DNA of 64,000 nt, from sequence record SRR22947725_1805; one strand, given 5' to 3'. Within the stretch, counting starts at the first letter, position 1, and every line of letters begins with the position of its first letter. The position numbers and the translations under genes were made by a program. The notes beneath the pieces were generated by a model, which saw only the letters and a list, made by a program, of their open reading frames with translations, searched no databases and was not told the DNA's origin. Below are positions 39,396 through 50,118 of the stretch, in pieces.

Positions 39396-40373
39396 TTGAC
39401 GAACATTACCGCCACCCCTAAGAAAAATCTTGTTCTGGTGAGCGGTCGTGCTCACCCCGCTTTGGCCGAGGCGGTGGCAAAAGAATTGGGGACCGAACTT
39501 GTTTCCACGGATGCAAAGACGTTTTCCAATGGCGAAATCTATGCCCGTTATGGCGAGAGCGTCCGCGGCTCCGATGTGTTTGTTATTCAAGCTCACACCG
39601 AGCCCATCAACGAGTGGGTGATGGAGCAGCTCATCATGGTGGATGCTCTCAAGCGCGCCAGCGCAAAACGCATCACCGTGGTGGCACCGTTTTACCCCTA
39701 TGCGAGGCAGGACAAGAAGGGTCGCGGTCGCGAACCCATCTCCGCCAGGCTCATGGCTGACCTCTTCAAGGCAGCCGGCGCCGATCGGATCATGAGCGTT
39801 GATTTACACGCCGCCCAAATCCAAGGTTTTTTTGATGGGCCCGTGGATCACCTTTTTGCCATGCCGGTCCTCTTGGAGCACTTCAAGTCACAACTTGATC
39901 CCGAAACTCTCACCGTGGTCAGCCCCGATATGGGTCGCGTCCGAGTGGCAGACATCTGGAGCGACAAACTGGGTGCACCCCTGGCCATCATCCACAAACG
40001 TCGCGATCCCAAAATTCACAACGATGTATCCATTCATGAAATTGTCGGTGACGTAGAGGGCAGGGTGTGTCTGCTGGTTGATGACATGATCGACACCGGT
40101 CGCACTATTGCTAAAGCCGCGCAAGCGCTGAAGGATGCGGGAGCCATCAGTGTGATCGTTGCCGCCACACACGCCGTGTTCTCGGAGCCTGCCTCGACGG
40201 TGTTGCAATCCGATTTCATTGACGAAGTTGTCGTTACCGACACGTTGCCTCTGGATGTCTCAAAACACTGGGATCGCCTCAGGATTTTGCCGATCGCGCC
40301 ATTGTTGGCGCGCGCCATCAAAGAGGTCTTCGAAGATGGCTCCGTCACCTCGATGTTTGACGGGGCCGCCTAG
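39396..40373 (+). CDS. prs: Ribose-phosphate diphosphokinase
   Basis: YPYARQDKK, DLHA.QIQGFF, VSPD, VDDMIDTG; TTG start with AGGAG SD. Confidence 0.97.
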   Translation: MTNITATPKKNLVLVSGRAHPALAEAVAKELGTELVSTDAKTFSNGEIYARYGESVRGSDVFVIQAHTEPINEWVMEQLIMVDALKRASAKRITVVAPFYPYARQDKKGRGREPISARLMADLFKAAGADRIMSVDLHAAQIQGFFDGPVDHLFAMPVLLEHFKSQLDPETLTVVSPDMGRVRVADIWSDKLGAPLAIIHKRRDPKIHNDVSIHEIVGDVEGRVCLLVDDMIDTGRTIAKAAQALKDAGAISVIVAATHAVFSEPASTVLQSDFIDEVVVTDTLPLDVSKHWDRLRILPIAPLLARAIKEVFEDGSVTSMFDGAA

Positions 40374-40717
40374 GTCCCGGTCAAAGGAACCAGGCGCGGG
40401 GCGCCGGGTATCACACCGAGGTAGGCGACAAAAAAGTCGCCTTGTCCGGGTATTTCGGCATAACAATTCCAGCCGATGAGCGCCGCGTTGCCCCATTCGA
40501 AGGACGCCCTAGATCCGAGTGCTCCCGGTGCGTAGTAGGCGGTTGCTACCTGGCAGGCATAGGTGGCGGTTTGAACCTGGGTAACCCAGGTGATCAACAC
40601 ACCTGGCAGCACCAAGGCAAGGATGGCGACACTCACCACCACTCGCATGGCGTTTCGACGCTTGTACGAATACAGAGGCCTCTCAGGCTCTTCGAACTCG
40701 TCTAACCCGAATGACAT
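40370..40717 (-). CDS. Hypothetical membrane-anchored protein
   Basis: 115-aa ORF with one TM and two Cys (C..GWNCY). Confidence 0.6.
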   Translation of the reverse strand: MSFGLDEFEEPERPLYSYKRRNAMRVVVSVAILALVLPGVLITWVTQVQTATYACQVATAYYAPGALGSRASFEWGNAALIGWNCYAEIPGQGDFFVAYLGVIPGAPRLVPLTGT

Positions 40718-40908
40718 ATTTCCCTTTTCAATCTATTGCCTTTTTAGAGTGTGCCAGTGGAAACCCTGAAAAGAAGACTAGGCCTCCTCAGGGCCCCGGG
40801 AGTAAGACTGTCCACGATGCTCGGCACTCAGGTTTTAGCGTGTGGGGACAGGCGGTGGTTACCTAAGCCAGGGAGGGGGATGAGATAGACGGAGCGCCCA
40901 ATTCAGGC

Positions 40909-41040
40909 TACGATTGCGAGGTGCTTCGGCGAGGAAGTGTGTGATCACACTTCGTAATCGACGCGGTGGAGCAGGCTCCTTTGGTCTCTCCTCACGCTAA
41001 GGCGTTCGAGTTCGAGAAAACCCAATTTAGGAGCAAGAGA
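40909..41040 (+). promoter_or_regulatory. rplY promoter and structured 5' leader (candidate)
   Basis: TACGAT -10 box at 40909-40914; perfect hairpin GAAGTGTG-TGAT-CACACTTC (40934-40953) flanked by CGGCGAGG and ATCGACG. Confidence 0.45.
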
Positions 41041-41042
41041 AT

Positions 41043-41681
41043 ATGGCTGAAAACAAGGTCGACGCGGACATCCGCACGAGTTTCGGTAAAGGCGCTGCGC
41101 GCAAGCTTCGCATGGCGGGCAAAATCCCCGCAGTTGTCTATGGCCACGGCGCAGAACCCCTTCACGTGGCAGTCCCTGCCCACGAGACCACTTTGATTGC
41201 GCGTCGCGCGAATGCGCTTCTGGATCTGAAGATGCCCGATGACCAGCAGTTGGTGCTGATTAAAGACATCCAGCGCGACCCTGTTCGCCAGATCATCGAA
41301 CACCTTGATTTGGTGATTGTCCGCAAGGGCGAGAAGGTCACCGTGGATATCGCTATTCACGTCGAAGGTGATCCCGTCTCCGGTACCATGGTGCAGCTGG
41401 AGCACAACACCGTCAGTGTTGAAGCCGAAGCAACCCACATCCCCGAGTCGGTCAGCGTCAGCGTGGAGGGCCTTGACGAAGGGGCTCAAATTCGCGCCAG
41501 CGACCTGGTGCTGCCTGCCGGCACCACGCTCCTGAGCCCGCCAGAAATGCTCGTCCTCGTCGTCCAGCAGCCACCGAAGGTGGAAGAAGAAGCTCCCGCA
41601 TCTGAGGATGAAGAAGCTGCCGATTCCGATTCAGATTCAGAATCAGAAGCAGAAGCTAGCAGCGATGATGGTGGCGAATAG
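41043..41681 (+). CDS. rplY: 50S ribosomal protein L25/Ctc
   Basis: R..FGKGAARKLR..GKIPAVVYGHG, KDIQRDP, EHLD; acidic tail. Confidence 0.96.
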   Translation: MAENKVDADIRTSFGKGAARKLRMAGKIPAVVYGHGAEPLHVAVPAHETTLIARRANALLDLKMPDDQQLVLIKDIQRDPVRQIIEHLDLVIVRKGEKVTVDIAIHVEGDPVSGTMVQLEHNTVSVEAEATHIPESVSVSVEGLDEGAQIRASDLVLPAGTTLLSPPEMLVLVVQQPPKVEEEAPASEDEEAADSDSDSESEAEASSDDGGE

Positions 41682-41683
41682 CC

Positions 41684-42304
41684 CTGGCCTGGTTCAGAGC
41701 CGCTCGCACTAAACCCACCACGTCACAGTGGCTTGTTGTGGGGCTGGGTAATCCTGGCCCCCAATACGAGCGCACCCGCCACAATATTGGCGAACTCGCC
41801 GTTACTGCGTGCGCGGCGAGCGCGGGGGTGAATTTTACGAAATTCAAGTCCCAGGGAGTCACCGCTGTGGTGAACCATCCTTCAGGAATCAGTTTCCGGC
41901 TGGCGGCGACGACAAGTTTCATGAACCTTTCCGGCCCACCCGTTCAGGCGATGTTGGCCTTTCATAAGATTCCGCCGACCCAACTCATCGTGGTTCACGA
42001 CGAGTTGGATTTAGCGCCCGGTGTCATCCGGCTAAAGCAGGGCGGTGGTCACGCGGGACACAACGGCTTGCGAGATATTCAAAGGGCACTGGGCGCCCCC
42101 GATTTTTTCCGCATTCGGATGGGGATAGGCAGGCCAGAGGGTCGAATGCCCCCTGCGGATTATGTTTTAGGCAGATTCCAACCCGTCGAAGAAGAAGCGC
42201 TTCCGGCCAGTTTTGCTACCGTGTGTTCGGCGATCGAGATTCTTGCCACCGAGGGGCTACAGGCCGCGCAGGGGCGCATTCATTCCCCACCTGCTAGCGC
42301 GTAG
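41684..42304 (+). CDS. pth: Peptidyl-tRNA hydrolase (start uncertain, possibly CTG)
   Basis: LVVGLGNPG..Y..TRHNIG, MNLSG, HDELD, GHNGL, RMGIGRP. Confidence 0.93.
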   Translation: MAWFRAARTKPTTSQWLVVGLGNPGPQYERTRHNIGELAVTACAASAGVNFTKFKSQGVTAVVNHPSGISFRLAATTSFMNLSGPPVQAMLAFHKIPPTQLIVVHDELDLAPGVIRLKQGGGHAGHNGLRDIQRALGAPDFFRIRMGIGRPEGRMPPADYVLGRFQPVEEEALPASFATVCSAIEILATEGLQAAQGRIHSPPASA

Positions 42305-42314
42305 GATTTCGTCA

Positions 42315-45300
42315 GTGAGCTTGAACACCCTGACATCGTGGCTGAGTGACGACGAGGGTTTTCAAGAGGCAACAGATCTTCGGCATTCTGGTGGCTCAGT
42401 TGTTCTTCCGCCGGGGGCTTGGACCCCCTACATTGCCTCGGTTGCTGCTGCAGCGACCGCCACGGTCACCGTGGTGGTGTGTCCTACCGGGCGTGAGTCA
42501 GACCAACTCCGAGACCAGTTGCGCTCACTCGTGGAGCCGGGCACCACGGTGTTGGATTTTCCTGCCTGGGAAACGCTTCCGCACGAGCGCCTCAGCCCAC
42601 ACGCAGAAACCGTGGCCAGGCGCCGCAGTGCGCTGAGGGCTCTTCGGCAGGCATCATCGGCTCCGCGCGAAGGCTCGGTTATCGTGGTGTCCTCTATCCG
42701 TGCTTTGGTGCAACCGGTGAACCCCGCGATTGCAGACTTTGAATCCCTGGTTGCCCGGAAAGGAGACTCAGGTCACTCCTTAGAGGACTGGACTAGTTAC
42801 CTGATTCATGCCGCCTATAACCGGGTTGATTTGGTCACCAGGCGCGGGGAGTTCGCTCTGCGCGGGGGAATTTTGGATGTCTTCCCACCCCTTGCCGAGC
42901 ACCCCGTTCGCCTTGATTTTTTTGGTTCGGAGATTGAATCACTCTCCTACTTCACCGTTTCTGATCAACGCTCCCTGGCGGAGCCCCTGTCAGAGGTTGC
43001 GCTCGAACCGGTGCGCGAGATGCTGCTGGATGAGGGGGTGCGGCACCGCGCGAGTCAGCTGGCAGACGAGTATCCGGGCCTGGGTGGAATGTTGACCAAG
43101 ATATCCGAGGGCATCCCCACGGAGGGAATGGAGTCTCTTCAGCCCTTGCTCGTCGAAAGATTGGTGTCTCCGTCGACACTGTTTCCCGAGGACACCGTGG
43201 TGGTTGAGGTGTCGTGGCAAAAAGTGGCTGCACGCGCAGAATCCTTACGTCACACAAACCGCGAGTTCTTGCATGCCGCCTGGGAGGCGGCTGCGATGGT
43301 CGAGAGCGCAGCACCGATCGATCTGGATGCGGGAGATTTTCTCTCCCGCGAAGAGGTGCGGGATTCAGCACCCGGACCCTGGATCAGTGTCGACTCCCTC
43401 GATGCGGGCACCGACAGCATTTACCGACCCGACATTAACCCCATCGCCCTGACGGGCGGGGTCGACGAGGTGTGGGAGCTAATTGCAGGTGCCATCAGCG
43501 AAGGACAGGATGTCTTGTGCGTGGCGGCAGGTCACGGATTGGTTGAGCGCACCGCCCACCTGTTGGGTGAGCGCGGTGTTCCCCACCGCGTCGAAGAGGG
43601 CGCAATTGCCCCGGCACAGGGCGTTGTGAGTGTGGTCCAGGGTGTGTTGATGGAAGGCTTCTCGCTTCCTAGTTCGCAGAAATTAGTGCTGAGTGAGAAA
43701 GAGCTCTATGGCAAAGCGGTATCCGCCTCACCACGGACGGGTCGGACACTGGCTGCCAAACGGACCGCGGTGGTTGACCCGTTGCAATTGGCCACCGGGG
43801 ATTATGTCGTGCACGACACCCACGGGGTCGGGCGCTTTGTTGAGGTTGCCACCCGCGAGATTTCTACAGGCGGTCGGGATGCCATGAAGAGCGAGCGCGA
43901 ATTCGTCCTCATCGAATACGCGCCCTCTAAGCGAGGTAGCCCGCCGGATCGATTATTTGTTCCCACCGATCAGTTGTCCCAGCTCAGCCACTATGCAGGC
44001 AGTGATTCACCAGCGCTGAGCAAAATGGGGGGTTCCGATTGGTCTGCGACCAAGGGCAAAGCCCGCAAAGCGGTTCGAGAACTCGCCATTGACCTGGTCA
44101 AGCTCTACTCCGCCCGAATGTCTGCTCCCGGATATGCGTTTGGCCCCGACACCCCCTGGCAGCGGGAACTGGAGGAAGCGTTTCCTTTTGTCGAAACTCC
44201 TGACCAGTTGACAACAATCGACGAAGTCAAAGCCGACATGGAACGCCCTATCCCGATGGATCGTTTGGTTGCTGGTGATGTGGGGTTTGGAAAAACAGAG
44301 ATAGCCGTTCGCGCTGCGTTCAAAGCCGTGCAGGAAGGCAAACAGGTAGTCATCATCGCCCCCACCACCTTGCTGGTGAAGCAACACATGGAAACATTCC
44401 AGGAGCGTTACGCGCCTTTCCCCGTGAACCTTCGAGCGCTCTCGCGCTTTCAATCGGCCACCGAGGCAAAGTCCACGGTGGCGGGTTTGGCCGATGGCAG
44501 TGTGGACGTGGTAATTGGTACGCATCGCCTCTTGGGGAAATCCGTGGTGTTCAAAGACCTGGGACTGATTGTGATTGATGAGGAACAACGCTTTGGCGTG
44601 GAGCACAAGGACCTGCTGAAGTCGCTAAAAGTCAATGTTGATGTCCTAGCGATGAGTGCCACACCCATTCCGCGGACACTCGAGATGGCGGTGACGGGGA
44701 TTAGGGAAATGTCGACCCTTGCCACTCCGCCGGAGGCCAGACACCCCATCCTCACTTTTGTGGGCCCCTATAACGATGCCCAGGTGGTTGCTGCGATTAG
44801 GCGGGAGCTCTTGCGGGAAGGGCAAGTGTTTTTCGTCCACAACAGGGTGTCCTCGATTAATCGGGTTGCCGCCCACATCCAAGAATTAGTGCCCGAAGCT
44901 CGGGTGGCCGTGGCGCACGGGCAGATGGGTGAAGCAGACCTGGAATCGGTCATGGTCGACTTTTGGGAGCGGCGCTTTGACGTCTTGGTCTCTACCACCA
45001 TTATCGAAACCGGCCTGGATGTCACCAATGCGAACACATTGATTGTGGATCGGGCTGAGCGCTATGGATTGTCCCAACTTCATCAACTTCGCGGCCGCGT
45101 GGGACGAGGCCGCGAACGCGGCTATGCCTATCTGCTCTATGACCCCGAGATTCCGGTGGGGGAAGCCGCCCACGACCGTTTGGCAACCCTGGCGGCAACC
45201 ACAGATCTGGGTGGGGGAACGAGGATCGCCCTGAAAGACCTCGAAATGAGGGGGGCCGGAAACCTGCTGGGAGCGGAACAGGCCGGACACATTGCGGGCG

Positions 45301-45845
45301 TGGGCTTTGACCTGTATTTACGCATGGTTTCTGAGGCCATCGCCACCTTTAGGGATGATGTGGCACCGGGTCAAACCGAGCTTCGATTGGAGCTGCCGGT
45401 CGATGCTCGAATTCCCCTCGACTACATCGACTCCGAGCGCTTGCGGTTGGAGATGTATCAAAAGCTTTCTGCCTCAGCCGCACCCACCAGCGCCGAAGGC
45501 GCGATCGATGAGCTCATGGAAGAAATGGTCGATCGTTACGGGGCAATTCCGCAACCGGTGGACACACTCGTCTCCATCACGAAGCTTCGAAAAGTGGCGA
45601 TGACCAGAGGCTTGGGTGAAGTGATGGTGATGGGAAATAAGCTCCGCTTGGTTGGGCCCCCACTGCCGGATTCCCTGCAGGTGCGCCTCGCCAGGCTGTA
45701 TCCGAAATCGAACTATGTCGCGCCTGCCCGGGTCGCACTCATTCCGTTGCCCGAGGAATACAGCGACCTGGCTTTGGTGGCGTGGGTCGAAGGCGTTTTG
45801 GATGCCCTCTATCCAGCGCCAATTACTGCGGGTGCAGCAGACTAG
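42315..45845 (+). CDS. mfd: Transcription-repair coupling factor
   Basis: WETLPHE, RGGILD, GDVGFGKT, DEEQRFG, SATPIPRT, QLRGRVGR, TRCF domain. Confidence 0.97.
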   Translation: MSLNTLTSWLSDDEGFQEATDLRHSGGSVVLPPGAWTPYIASVAAAATATVTVVVCPTGRESDQLRDQLRSLVEPGTTVLDFPAWETLPHERLSPHAETVARRRSALRALRQASSAPREGSVIVVSSIRALVQPVNPAIADFESLVARKGDSGHSLEDWTSYLIHAAYNRVDLVTRRGEFALRGGILDVFPPLAEHPVRLDFFGSEIESLSYFTVSDQRSLAEPLSEVALEPVREMLLDEGVRHRASQLADEYPGLGGMLTKISEGIPTEGMESLQPLLVERLVSPSTLFPEDTVVVEVSWQKVAARAESLRHTNREFLHAAWEAAAMVESAAPIDLDAGDFLSREEVRDSAPGPWISVDSLDAGTDSIYRPDINPIALTGGVDEVWELIAGAISEGQDVLCVAAGHGLVERTAHLLGERGVPHRVEEGAIAPAQGVVSVVQGVLMEGFSLPSSQKLVLSEKELYGKAVSASPRTGRTLAAKRTAVVDPLQLATGDYVVHDTHGVGRFVEVATREISTGGRDAMKSEREFVLIEYAPSKRGSPPDRLFVPTDQLSQLSHYAGSDSPALSKMGGSDWSATKGKARKAVRELAIDLVKLYSARMSAPGYAFGPDTPWQRELEEAFPFVETPDQLTTIDEVKADMERPIPMDRLVAGDVGFGKTEIAVRAAFKAVQEGKQVVIIAPTTLLVKQHMETFQERYAPFPVNLRALSRFQSATEAKSTVAGLADGSVDVVIGTHRLLGKSVVFKDLGLIVIDEEQRFGVEHKDLLKSLKVNVDVLAMSATPIPRTLEMAVTGIREMSTLATPPEARHPILTFVGPYNDAQVVAAIRRELLREGQVFFVHNRVSSINRVAAHIQELVPEARVAVAHGQMGEADLESVMVDFWERRFDVLVSTTIIETGLDVTNANTLIVDRAERYGLSQLHQLRGRVGRGRERGYAYLLYDPEIPVGEAAHDRLATLAATTDLGGGTRIALKDLEMRGAGNLLGAEQAGHIAGVGFDLYLRMVSEAIATFRDDVAPGQTELRLELPVDARIPLDYIDSERLRLEMYQKLSASAAPTSAEGAIDELMEEMVDRYGAIPQPVDTLVSITKLRKVAMTRGLGEVMVMGNKLRLVGPPLPDSLQVRLARLYPKSNYVAPARVALIPLPEEYSDLALVAWVEGVLDALYPAPITAGAAD

Positions 45846-45849
45846 AGCG

Positions 45850-46488
45850 ATGACCCCGTATCCAGCACTGGAGCGCCTGATTGCGACGATGGCCACGCTG
45901 CGCGGGCCAGAGGGTTGTCCCTGGGATGCCTTGCAAGACCATCAGTCCCTCGTGCCCTACCTGCTCGAGGAAACGTTTGAACTGATCGAAGCCCTTGAGT
46001 CGGGCTCGAGCGCTGATATTCGGGAAGAACTTGGCGATGTCCTCTACCAGTTGCTCTTTCACGCAGACCTTGCCGCAGCAAACCTCAGCGATCCCTTTGA
46101 CATCGATGATGTCGCTGGGGAGGTGGAGGCAAAGATGCGCCAGCGCCATCCGCATGTCTTTGCCGATGGGGACGCGGTGAGCGTTGCGGAGGTGAAAGAG
46201 CGCTGGGATGAAATAAAGGCAGAACAAAAGAAACACCGCACCAGCGCCTATGAAGGAATTCCGGGCAAACTTTCCGCCCTGGCAAGGGCCGACAGCTTCC
46301 TAAAGCGAGGGGGCGAAAGCATTGTTCCTCCGCAATCGGAGGCACGTCCTGGTGTGGGAAGCGAGCGAGAGCTCGGTGAACTTCTTTTCGCCCTGGTGGC
46401 TGATTCTCGGACGAAGGGTTTTGACGCCGAGCGGGCCTTGCGGGCACATTTGCGAGAGTTGGAAGCGGGGGAGAGCCCCACTGCGTGA
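45850..46488 (+). CDS. mazG: MazG nucleotide pyrophosphohydrolase
   Basis: GCPWD..Q, EETFE, EELGD, RHPHVF, W..IK. Confidence 0.9.
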   Translation: MTPYPALERLIATMATLRGPEGCPWDALQDHQSLVPYLLEETFELIEALESGSSADIREELGDVLYQLLFHADLAAANLSDPFDIDDVAGEVEAKMRQRHPHVFADGDAVSVAEVKERWDEIKAEQKKHRTSAYEGIPGKLSALARADSFLKRGGESIVPPQSEARPGVGSERELGELLFALVADSRTKGFDAERALRAHLRELEAGESPTA

Positions 46489-46500
46489 GAGAATACGCAC

Positions 46501-47766
46501 ATGGCTGTCAGTTCTGCGCGGGGAATGAGAGATTTCCTGCCCCGCGATAAAGAACACCGCGATCAGGTGTTGCACACGATTGAGTCCACCTACCACCGGC
46601 ACGGTTTTGAATCCATAGAGACACCGGCGATGGAAGACTTCGACACCCTGCACTCGGGTCTCGGTGGCGATAACGAAAAACTTAGTTTTCATATTCAGAA
46701 GCGCGGGTTGAGCACCGAAGACCTCCAGCAAGCGTCCTCGCCCGAGGAGCTCTCCGATTTGGGGCTGCGTTTTGACCTCACAGTTCCTCTTGCGCGTTTT
46801 TATGCCAGTAACCACGGCGCCTTGCCCTCAGTGTTTCGCTCGTTTCATACCGGGCCCGTGTGGCGGGCAGAGCGTCCGCAAAAGGGCCGATATCGCCAGT
46901 TTGTGCAGGCAGACATCGACACTCTGGGGGAGCCCAGCACGCTGGCTGAGGTTGAAATTCTCCTAGCCACCGCTGATGCGCTGGAGCGCCTCGGGGTGGA
47001 AGGCTGGAGCTTTCGCATCAACGACCGCCGACTACTGACCGAAGCCTTAGGCGCCTCGGGTATCGCGCCAGAGGAACAGCCTGTGGCCATGATCGTGATC
47101 GACAAAATCGACAAGGTCGGGGTCGAGGGCGTGCTGAGTGAGCTTGCCGAGCGGTTGAGCTCTGGATGGTCGAGCTCGCGCATCGAAGCAATGTTGGGTG
47201 GGTCGCTCGAAGGTTTTGACCAGGGAGCAATCGCTTCCCTGATGGGCGATACCCCCACCTCTTATGCCGTTGCCACGGAGTTGGTGAACTGGGTCTCCCA
47301 GGTGTCGACGCTCCTCGATCCCGGTGTGGTGGTGTTTGACCCCACACTGGTAAGGGGTATGGGCTATTACACGTCGTCCATTTTTGAAATTTCCCACCCA
47401 GCCCTCGGTGGATCCCTCGGCGGCGGTGGCCGATACGACGGCATGATTTCTCGGTTCCTTGGCCGAGAAGTCCCCGCAGTGGGGATGTCCTTGGGATTTG
47501 AGCGGCTCCTCGAGGTGCTTCCGCCCTCGGAGGCGGAACACCTCGACAAGGTTGCCCTCACCTATGACGCGGAAATCCCCAGTGCGCACCTCATGCCCAT
47601 CAAGATGCACCTGGTGTCAACAGGACACCAGGTGAGGGTTGTGTCACAGTCGCGGAATATGCGGGCTGTGTATGAACGCTTGGCCGCCGACGGTTTCCAC
47701 CGAGTCGGAGAGATAACTTCTGACACCGCCAGGTCAGAGGACATTGTGTGGCGCGATATCGAGTAG
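46501..47766 (+). CDS. hisS: Histidine--tRNA ligase
   Basis: RGMRDFLP, LRFDLTVP, RAERPQKGRYRQF, LVRGMGYY, GGGRYD. Confidence 0.93.
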   Translation: MAVSSARGMRDFLPRDKEHRDQVLHTIESTYHRHGFESIETPAMEDFDTLHSGLGGDNEKLSFHIQKRGLSTEDLQQASSPEELSDLGLRFDLTVPLARFYASNHGALPSVFRSFHTGPVWRAERPQKGRYRQFVQADIDTLGEPSTLAEVEILLATADALERLGVEGWSFRINDRRLLTEALGASGIAPEEQPVAMIVIDKIDKVGVEGVLSELAERLSSGWSSSRIEAMLGGSLEGFDQGAIASLMGDTPTSYAVATELVNWVSQVSTLLDPGVVVFDPTLVRGMGYYTSSIFEISHPALGGSLGGGGRYDGMISRFLGREVPAVGMSLGFERLLEVLPPSEAEHLDKVALTYDAEIPSAHLMPIKMHLVSTGHQVRVVSQSRNMRAVYERLAADGFHRVGEITSDTARSEDIVWRDIE

Positions 47767-47780
47767 TCGATGAGCGCTGA

Positions 47781-49097
<1,317 letters not shown>

Positions 49098-49147
49098 GGC
49101 CTGCGCGCCCTAGGGCGTGACCAAGGCTCCCTGTCTACACTGAAGAA

Positions 49148-49627
49148 ATGGCACACACAGCAGGGAAGAAAATGAAAAAAGGCGCCGCCCCGGCGTCCGT
49201 TTTCCGCTCCTTGCAAGCCTCAGGTTTTGCGGTGGTGGTCCTGGTTTTGCTCGTTGCGGGAGTCGTCGTTTTGTCGCCAACGCTGAGTATTTTGGCCGAA
49301 CAGCAGCAAGAAATTGCCACCCTGGAAGTCGCCCTGGAGCAAAGCCAACAAGAGGTTGTCACCCTTGAGGAGCAACGGGAGCGCTGGAAAGACCCGGCAT
49401 TTGTCGAAACCCAAGCTCGAGAGCGTCTGCTTTTTGTCTATCCCGGCGATATCACCTATCTCGTGATCGACGATGTCGGTGACGAGTCAGACGTCGCAGA
49501 TATCGCGATATCTACCGAAATTCTCAGCACCACCACCGACTGGCGACAAGCGTTGCTTGCTTCCTATCTCGTGGCAGCGACCACGTCGATGAACGGTGTG
49601 GCGATGCAAGAGGCTCCCACCCCGTGA
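49148..49627 (+). CDS. ftsB: FtsB/DivIC septum formation initiator
   Basis: TM + coiled coil + W.DP.FVE.QARERL..V.PG; follows eno. Confidence 0.85.
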   Translation: MAHTAGKKMKKGAAPASVFRSLQASGFAVVVLVLLVAGVVVLSPTLSILAEQQQEIATLEVALEQSQQEVVTLEEQRERWKDPAFVETQARERLLFVYPGDITYLVIDDVGDESDVADIAISTEILSTTTDWRQALLASYLVAATTSMNGVAMQEAPTP

Positions 49628-50118
49628 GGTCGCCCGGCGAAACCCCCACCGAGGCTGACACCAGTTGTGTGAGCGAACAGCTAGGGAGACCGGCCAGAGA
49701 CATCGTCGGGATTTCCGCCAGGTGTGTGTGTGGAAACCCCGTGGCGGTGGTCACTCAGCCTCGGCTGGAAACGGGAACACCCTTCCCCACCCTTTATTAC
49801 CTCAGCCAACCAGCAGCCACCAGAGCTGCCTCCCGCTTGGAGGCTGAAGGGAAAATGGTCCAGTACCAGGACCGCCTCGCTGAGAACCCCGAGGCGAGAG
49901 AGCTTTACCGGAGCGCTCACGAAGATTTCCTTGCCGAGCGCGAAACGCTCGGACACGTTGACGAAATTCACGGTATCTCCGCCGGCGGAATGCCCACTCG
50001 GGTCAAATGCCTCCACACTTTGATGGCGCATTCACTGTCAGTGGGGCCAGGGGTGAACCCTGTGGGCGATTGGGCGCTTGCGGATGCTGCCTGGAGCGTG
50101 GGTACGTGTCAATGCTGA
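49624..50118 (+). CDS. DUF501 family protein
   Basis: QLGR, PRL..GTPFPTLYYL, GGMP.RVKCLH. Confidence 0.88.
   Translation: MRSPGETPTEADTSCVSEQLGRPARDIVGISARCVCGNPVAVVTQPRLETGTPFPTLYYLSQPAATRAASRLEAEGKMVQYQDRLAENPEARELYRSAHEDFLAERETLGHVDEIHGISAGGMPTRVKCLHTLMAHSLSVGPGVNPVGDWALADAAWSVGTCQC

Noticed and set aside
41580-41670. Short repeats GATTCC/GATTCA/GAATCA
   Set aside because: They simply encode the acidic DSDSDSES tail of L25/Ctc.
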